Below are positions 58,463 to 64,000 of a DNA stretch of 64,000 nucleotides, one piece after another. Source of the DNA: Candidatus Eiseniibacteriota bacterium (GTDB taxonomy: Bacteria > Eisenbacteria > RBG-16-71-46 > CAZAMP01); the NCBI GenBank assembly GCA_965224245.1, contig OZ245046.1, positions 2,208,001-2,272,000 of the forward strand, read 5' to 3'. A program made the translations under genes and the position numbers. Positions within the stretch are counted from its first letter, which is position 1, and every line of letters begins with the position of its first letter. The notes beneath the pieces were generated by a model that was not told the origin of the DNA, did no database searches, and saw nothing but the letters and a program-made list of their open reading frames with translations.

Positions 58463-58552
58463 CCAAGATCGTCCTCACGTGTGGTTGCGGGGGCCAGAGA
58501 AAGCACCCTCGATACGGCGGACGAGCGATGATCGGGCACCGTCCCGGCGAGA

Positions 58553-58942
58553 TCAACCCCGGACACGCGCAAGTGCTTCGATTTCAATGCGTGCCCCCTT
58601 CGGGAGCGCCTTCGCCTCGACGGCCGACCGGGCCGGATACGGCTCGCCGAAGTACTCCGCGTAGCGCTCGTTCACGGCCGCGAAGTCGCCGAGATCGGCG
58701 AAGAAGACGGTCGTCTTGACCACCTCGTCGAGCGAGCTGCCCGCGGCGCCGAGGATCGCCCGGAGGTTCGCCATCGCGCGCTCGAACTCGGCCAGAACGC
58801 CACCCTCGACGAGCTGACCGGTCCCGGGATCGATCCCGATCTGTCCGGCGGTCATCACGAGCGCCGAACCGTCGAACACGATCGCCTGGCTATAGGGTCC
58901 GACCGCCCCCGCGGCGTCGGACGTCTGGACCGCTCTCTTCAC
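58553..58942 (-). CDS. ridA: RidA family enamine/imine deaminase
   Basis: GPYSQAI, AGQIGIDP, VVKTTVF, PARSAV..LPKGARIEIE. Confidence 0.93.
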   Translation of the reverse strand: MKRAVQTSDAAGAVGPYSQAIVFDGSALVMTAGQIGIDPGTGQLVEGGVLAEFERAMANLRAILGAAGSSLDEVVKTTVFFADLGDFAAVNERYAEYFGEPYPARSAVEAKALPKGARIEIEALARVRG

Positions 58943-59118
58943 GACTCCCCCCGCGATGGACGCCTCGACGGCTCGTTCCGCCGTCGCTTTCGTGGGCAGG
59001 GAGTCTAGCACGGCGGGCCCGCGAACGCGGGCCGATGGCGCCGGGCGAGGGCGCGGGCGAGGGCCGCCACCGCCCGCGCGGACCCGTGGCGGTGACGCGG
59101 CGCCGGATGGCGAGGTGA

Positions 59119-60948
59119 CTACTCGACCGTGACGCTCTTGGCCAGGTTTCGCGGCTGGTCCACGTTGCATCCACGCAGGACGGCCATGTGGTACGAGAGC
59201 ATCTGCAAGGGCACGATGGAGACGAGCGGGGTGAACGGCTCGAGCGTGTGCGGCACGTAGATGACGTGGTCGGCCATCGTCTTCACGTCCCGGTCGCCCT
59301 CGGACGCCACGGCGATGATGCGCCCCTTGCGCGCGCGCACCTCCTGCATGTTGCTGCGGATCTTGTCGTACGCGGAGTCCTTGGTGCAGATGAACACGAC
59401 GGGCATGTTCTCGTCGATGAGCGCGATCGGACCGTGCTTCATCTCGGCCGCGGGATACCCCTCGGCGTGGATGTAGGAGATCTCCTTGAGCTTCAGCGCG
59501 CCCTCCAGGGCGGCCGGGAAGTTGTACCCGCGGCCCAGGTAGAGCGCGTTGTTGTGGTGGTGGTAGGCCCTGGCGATCTCGATGATGGCCGCCTCGTCGT
59601 CGAGCACGCGCTGGATCTTGTCGGGGATGGCCCAGAGCTCCTCGACCATCTCGCGTCCGGTGGCCAGACTCATCTCGCGGTGGCGGCCCACCCACAGCGT
59701 GAACAGGGCCAGCGCGGTGACCTGGCACGTGAACGCCTTCGTCGACGCGACGCCGATCTCCGGGCCGGCGTGGATGTAGATGCCGCCGTCCGATTCCCGC
59801 GCGATGGTGGAACCGACCTGGTTGACGATCCCGAGCACGGTGGCGCCCTTGCGCTTGGCCTCGCGAAGCGCCGCCAGCGTGTCGGCCGTCTCGCCCGACT
59901 GGCTGATCACGATGACGAGCGTGCCGTCCTGGATGATCGGATTGCGGTAGCGGAACTCCGACGCGTACTCCACCTCCACCGGGATGCCGCAGAACTCCTC
60001 GATCAGGTACTCCCCGATCATGGCCGCGTGCCAGGACGTGCCGCACGCGGTGATGATGATGCGGCGAATCTGTCGCATGACCTGGGGTGACAGGTTCGGT
60101 CCCCCGAGCCGGGCGATGCCCTCGTCCAGGAGCAGTCGCCCACGCATCGTGTTGCGCATCGCGCTGGGCTGCTCGAAGATCTCCTTCTGCATGAAGTGCT
60201 CGAAGCCGGACTTCTCGATCTCCTCGAGCGACCACGAGATCTCCTCGACGGACTTGGTGACCGGGGCCTCCTCGATCGTCATCGTGTGGTACGACTCCGG
60301 CGTGACCACGACCATCTCGCCGTCGTCGAGGTAGATGACGTCGCGCGTGTGCGAGAGGATCGCGGCCACGTCCGACGCCACGATGTGCTCGCCGTCGCCG
60401 ATCCCGACCACCAGCGGTGAGCCGTTCCGCGCGCCCACGATCTTGCCCGCCTCCTTGGACGAGACCACCGCAATGCCGTACGTGCCCTCGACGTGCCGGA
60501 GCGCCGACGCAACCGCCCGCTCCAGCGACACGTCGCGGTAGAACTCCTCGATCAGGTGCGCGAGCACCTCGGTGTCGGTGTCGGACGTGAACACGTGCCC
60601 CTTCTCGATCAACGAGGTCTTGATCGAGGCGTAGTTCTCGATGATGCCGTTGTGGACCACGGCCACCGACACGTCGGAGTCGGTGTGCGGATGCGCGTTG
60701 ATCTCGTTGGGCTCACCGTGGGTGGCCCACCGCGTGTGGGCGATGCCGAAGTACGCGTCGATCGGATTCGCACGCAGCGCCTCGTCCAGCGCCCGCAGCT
60801 TGCCCGGCTTCTTCAGGATTTGCAGGCCCTGGCCGTTCACCACCGCCACGCCGGCGGAGTCGTAGCCGCGGTACTCCAGTCGGCGAAGCCCATCCATCAG
60901 GATCGGAATGCAGCGCTTCGGTCCGGTGTATCCCACAATCCCACACAT
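59119..60948 (-). CDS. glmS: Glutamine-fructose-6-phosphate aminotransferase
   Basis: MCGIVG, EYRGYDSAG, HTRWATHG, SQSGETADT, PRNLAKSVTVE. Confidence 0.98.
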   Translation of the reverse strand: MCGIVGYTGPKRCIPILMDGLRRLEYRGYDSAGVAVVNGQGLQILKKPGKLRALDEALRANPIDAYFGIAHTRWATHGEPNEINAHPHTDSDVSVAVVHNGIIENYASIKTSLIEKGHVFTSDTDTEVLAHLIEEFYRDVSLERAVASALRHVEGTYGIAVVSSKEAGKIVGARNGSPLVVGIGDGEHIVASDVAAILSHTRDVIYLDDGEMVVVTPESYHTMTIEEAPVTKSVEEISWSLEEIEKSGFEHFMQKEIFEQPSAMRNTMRGRLLLDEGIARLGGPNLSPQVMRQIRRIIITACGTSWHAAMIGEYLIEEFCGIPVEVEYASEFRYRNPIIQDGTLVIVISQSGETADTLAALREAKRKGATVLGIVNQVGSTIARESDGGIYIHAGPEIGVASTKAFTCQVTALALFTLWVGRHREMSLATGREMVEELWAIPDKIQRVLDDEAAIIEIARAYHHHNNALYLGRGYNFPAALEGALKLKEISYIHAEGYPAAEMKHGPIALIDENMPVVFICTKDSAYDKIRSNMQEVRARKGRIIAVASEGDRDVKTMADHVIYVPHTLEPFTPLVSIVPLQMLSYHMAVLRGCNVDQPRNLAKSVTVE

Positions 60949-60968
60949 GGCTCGTCCTCGTCTGTCGC

Positions 60969-62321
60969 TCAGCGACCGATCCCGATGAGGTCCCGGACCT
61001 CGTCGATCCGCTTGCCGAGAGTGGCGGCGTCGCGGGCTTCGGCGATGATCCGGACGATGGGCTCGGTCCCGGATTTGCGTACGTGAAGGAAACCGTCCGG
61101 CCAGCGGAGGTAGACTCCGTCGGTCCGATCGACCTCGGCATCTGAAAAAACATCGGCCACCCGGTCGAGCTCCTCCAAGCTCTGGTCGGGCGTGATGTCG
61201 AACTTGTCCTTGCGCATGCGGTAGCGGGGCAGCCCGGCCACGAGCTCGGTGAGCGGCCGGCCCTCCTCGGCCAGCAGCGAGAGCACCAGCGCCATCGCCA
61301 CCGGCGCGTCTCGACCGAGGTGGATGTCGGGGAAGATCACGCCGCCGTTTCCCTCGCCCCCGATGACGGCGTCCACCTGCCGCATCTTGGCCACCACGTT
61401 GGCCTCACCGACCGCCGCCCGGTGCACGGGCGCGCCGTGGCGCGAGGCGACGGCGTCGAGCATCAGGGACGTCGAGTAATTCGCCACCACCGGCCCCCGC
61501 CGGTGACGGAGCACGTACTCCATCGCCAGCGGCAGCGTGGCGTCCTCGCCGATGGGCGTGCCGGTCTCGTCGACGATGGCCAGCCGATCGCCGTCGGGGT
61601 CCAGCGCGAAGCCGACGTCGGCCTTCTCGCGGACCACGGCCTCGCCGAGCTCGCCGATGTTCTCGGGCAGGGGCTCGGGCACACGCGGAAACCGACCGGT
61701 GGGTGCCTCGTACAGGACGACGTGCTCGACCCCCAGCGCGTGCATGAGGCGGGTCGAGATCGGACCGCCGGCGCCGTGCAGGGCGTCCACGACGACCTTC
61801 AGCGAGCGGCGCGCGATCTTCTCGCGGTCGACCAGCGGCAGGCTCAGGATCTTCTCGACATGCGTATCGATCGCACCCCGGAAGCTGGAGTCGGCGCCGA
61901 GCGCGTCGAACGACGACCACGCGATGCGGTTCTCGCGCTCGATCGCGAACAGCTCCTCGGCCTCGGCCTTCTGGAGAAACGTCCCGTGATGCGAGATGAA
62001 CTTCAGGGCGTTCCACTGGGGCGGATTGTGGCTGGCGGTGACGGCGATGCCGCCCTGAGCACCGAGCTCTTCCACCAGGAGCTGGACCGTGGGCGTGGGC
62101 ACGATGCCGAGACGCACGACGTCACACCCCGACGCCGTCAGTCCGGCGACGGTCGCGGACGTGATCATCTCGCCCGAGAGGCGCGAATCGCGCCCCACGA
62201 CGACCTTGCCGCCGCCCACGAGGGTCCCGAACGCGGCGGCCAGCCGCGTCACCAGGTCGGCGTGCAATCCGGAACCCACGACGCCTCGGACGCCCGAGAC
62301 GCTCATCATCAGATGGCCCAC
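60969..62321 (-). CDS. glmM: Phosphoglucosamine mutase (alpha-D-phosphohexomutase family)
   Basis: SVSGVRG, TASHNP, DPDGDR, GGEGNGG, RKSGTEP; adjacent to glmS. Confidence 0.85.
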   Translation of the reverse strand: MGHLMMSVSGVRGVVGSGLHADLVTRLAAAFGTLVGGGKVVVGRDSRLSGEMITSATVAGLTASGCDVVRLGIVPTPTVQLLVEELGAQGGIAVTASHNPPQWNALKFISHHGTFLQKAEAEELFAIERENRIAWSSFDALGADSSFRGAIDTHVEKILSLPLVDREKIARRSLKVVVDALHGAGGPISTRLMHALGVEHVVLYEAPTGRFPRVPEPLPENIGELGEAVVREKADVGFALDPDGDRLAIVDETGTPIGEDATLPLAMEYVLRHRRGPVVANYSTSLMLDAVASRHGAPVHRAAVGEANVVAKMRQVDAVIGGEGNGGVIFPDIHLGRDAPVAMALVLSLLAEEGRPLTELVAGLPRYRMRKDKFDITPDQSLEELDRVADVFSDAEVDRTDGVYLRWPDGFLHVRKSGTEPIVRIIAEARDAATLGKRIDEVRDLIGIGR

Positions 62322-62523
62322 GTTGTCGACTCCAGTGGCCGATGCCGCGCCGTGGCGGCCCGAGTCGGCCGGTTTCGCGCCGCCGGGCGGAACGCGAGTG
62401 GCGATAGCGTAACGCCGCGAGGCTCATCTCGCCAAGCGGGTGGAGGAACCTCGCACGTCTCTCATCGACACGCGCCCGACCCGACCGGTCACCCCGCGCG
62501 GAGCCCGCGTCCCCGGACGAAAC

Positions 62524-62559
62524 GAAAAACGGGGAGTGCCGCCGCGGCGACCTCCCCGT
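62524..62559 (-). terminator. Intrinsic terminator after the tRNA pair
   Basis: ACGGGGAG..CTCCCCGT inverted repeat followed by a T run on the minus strand. Confidence 0.75.
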
Positions 62560-62564
62560 ACGCA

Positions 62565-62640
62565 TGGAGCTGGTGAGCGGAATCGAACCGCTGACCTACG
62601 CATTACGAGTGCGTTGCTCTACCTGCTGAGCTACACCAGC
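62565..62640 (-). tRNA. tRNA-Thr(CGT)
   Basis: GCTGGTGTAGCTCAG..ACGCA-CTCGTAA-TGCGT..GGTTCGATTCC..CCA. Confidence 0.95.
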
Positions 62641-62645
62641 AAACG

Positions 62646-62721
<76 letters not shown>

Positions 62722-62748
62722 TCCCAACCTCGAAATCACGAGGCGGGA

Positions 62749-62778
62749 ACGGTAAGAGACCGAGTAAACCCTTGTCAA
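62749..62778 (-). promoter_or_regulatory. Putative sigma70 promoter for tRNA-Phe/tRNA-Thr
   Basis: TTGACA, 18-nt spacer, TACCGT. Confidence 0.55.
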
Positions 62779-62877
62779 GCCGCTCGATCACCCTGCTCGG
62801 CAGGTCGAGCCGCCCCGTGCGGGTCGGCTGACGCGCACCGCGCCGGGACGCCGCTCCGCCGTGTGGGTGCGGATCTC

Positions 62878-64000
62878 CTAGTCGCCGCCGCCGTTCCGTC
62901 GCTCGCGGCCTCGCCGATCGGTGCGTCGCGCCCGGCGCTCCGGGTTCTCGGCGATCGGAAGGCTCAGCCAGTACAGGAGCCCATCGCCGGACTCGCTGCG
63001 CGCACGGAGCTGCCCTCCGTGTTCGTTCACGATCTGATCGGCCAGGGACAGGCCGTGATCGGCCGAGCCCGGCTCGCCCGGCCCGAACGGCCGAAACAGG
63101 CTCTCGAGGATCCCGCCCGCCACGCGCCGGCCGGGGATGCGAAGCTCCACCACGACCTCCTTGCTCTGCAGCCGGGTGGTCACGATGGCCTCACCGTCGT
63201 CGACACCGGAGAGCCCGTGCCGGAGCAGCGTCACGAGGACGGTCCGGATCCTGGCCACGTCCAGGAGCAGGGGGGGAAGATCGCCCTGCAGGCGTAGCGA
63301 CACGTCTGCGGCGGGCCGCCCCGGCTCGGCGTCCCGTAGCGTCTCGGTGGCCTCGTAGACGACGTCGTTGATGTCGGAGAGCCGGAGCCGCGCCGGCTCG
63401 GAACGCGTCAGCGCGGCGAACTCCTCGAGCAGCTCGATGGCGCGATCCATCCGTCGGCGCACGGCCGACGATCGCGCATCGGCCTCGGTGTCCGACGTCG
63501 CGGCCGTCACGCCCGGCAGCTCCTCGTCTAGCGGCGTCAGGCACTCCTCGAGCGCGCTCGCGGCCGCCTTGCAGAGATCGAACCGCGCGCCATCGCGTTC
63601 GAGCCGCTCGACCCGGCGGCGATGGTCGTGGAGGTCGCGCTCCAGTCCCGCGACGCGATCCTGCAGGCGCACCTGATGAAGCGCCGTCGCCGCCACGTTC
63701 GCGGCCGTGGTCAGCGCCTCGCGAACGCCCGGCACCGGCTCGGCACCGAGAAACGGCATGCCGGCCGCGTAGTCGATCACGACGATGCAGCCGTGTACGG
63801 CGTCGTACGCCGAGAACGGCTCCACCAGCACGCGAGAGATGCCCGCGTCGTCACAGTACCCGAAGTGCGTGCTCGTGTCGGTGCGCGACACGCTGATGCT
63901 GGCCGGCGTCGCCTGCACGTCGGCCACCAGCCGCTCCAGCGTGCGCTGCCACCCGGCGTCGACGCTCCCCTGGGTCACCTGTGCGATGCACTCCGGCGCG
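62878..64000 (-). CDS. Degenerate histidine-kinase-like protein (GAF-like, coiled coil, HATPase_c-like); 5' end outside window
   Basis: DINDVV, LPPLLLDVARIRTVL, LFRPF, GLSLADQIVNEHGGQL, WLSLP; frame open to the window edge. Confidence 0.75.
   Translation of the reverse strand, partial: APECIAQVTQGSVDAGWQRTLERLVADVQATPASISVSRTDTSTHFGYCDDAGISRVLVEPFSAYDAVHGCIVVIDYAAGMPFLGAEPVPGVREALTTAANVAATALHQVRLQDRVAGLERDLHDHRRRVERLERDGARFDLCKAAASALEECLTPLDEELPGVTAATSDTEADARSSAVRRRMDRAIELLEEFAALTRSEPARLRLSDINDVVYEATETLRDAEPGRPAADVSLRLQGDLPPLLLDVARIRTVLVTLLRHGLSGVDDGEAIVTTRLQSKEVVVELRIPGRRVAGGILESLFRPFGPGEPGSADHGLSLADQIVNEHGGQLRARSESGDGLLYWLSLPIAENPERRARRTDRRGRERRNGGGD

Noticed and set aside
58353-58556. N-terminal part of ORF 57744..58556
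   Set aside because: Overlaps tRNA-Sec and is unlikely to be translated
60949-60968. Possible glmS ribozyme
   Set aside because: Only 20 nt separate glmM and glmS, leaving no room

Overview
A 64-kb window of a very GC-rich bacterial chromosome. By inference from the FlgD-Ig C-terminal tags, a 'SWxxxKxLYR' C-terminal tag, DUF5683 and a WD40-Omp85 gene, the host is probably an FCB-superphylum candidate lineage such as Eisenbacteria, Krumholzibacteriota or Latescibacterota. Two minus-strand housekeeping blocks flank an accessory region. The left block (135-12015) is rnpB, metallopeptidase/WD40-Omp85, BamB-like, PEGA, lipoprotein, recJ, rel, dtd, maf. The right block (40547-64000) is a degenerate histidine kinase, tRNA-Phe, tRNA-Thr, glmM, glmS, ridA, selC (tRNA-Sec), DUF5683, lepA, lepB, hemW, GT4, WcaJ-like, CIRCE, hrcA, grpE, dnaJ, rsmE, rpsU, mutS2, dnaG, rpoD. 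The accessory region (12312-40039) encodes many secreted proteins and an ECF sigma factor plus Ser/Thr kinase pair in front of a 3148-aa surface protein. It also holds tRNA-Val and tRNA-Ile2, a decayed island (10-Cys secreted peptide, two beta-propellers, DUF932 pseudogene, IS remnant) and a membrane-anchored TIR protein. The strongest novel signal is a candidate selenoprotein: a beta-propeller lipoprotein whose apparent TGA stop (16909-16911) is followed by a SECIS-like hairpin and an in-frame continuation of the blade repeat, in a genome that carries tRNA-Sec in this same window. All family assignments come from motif recognition by eye; no searches were run.
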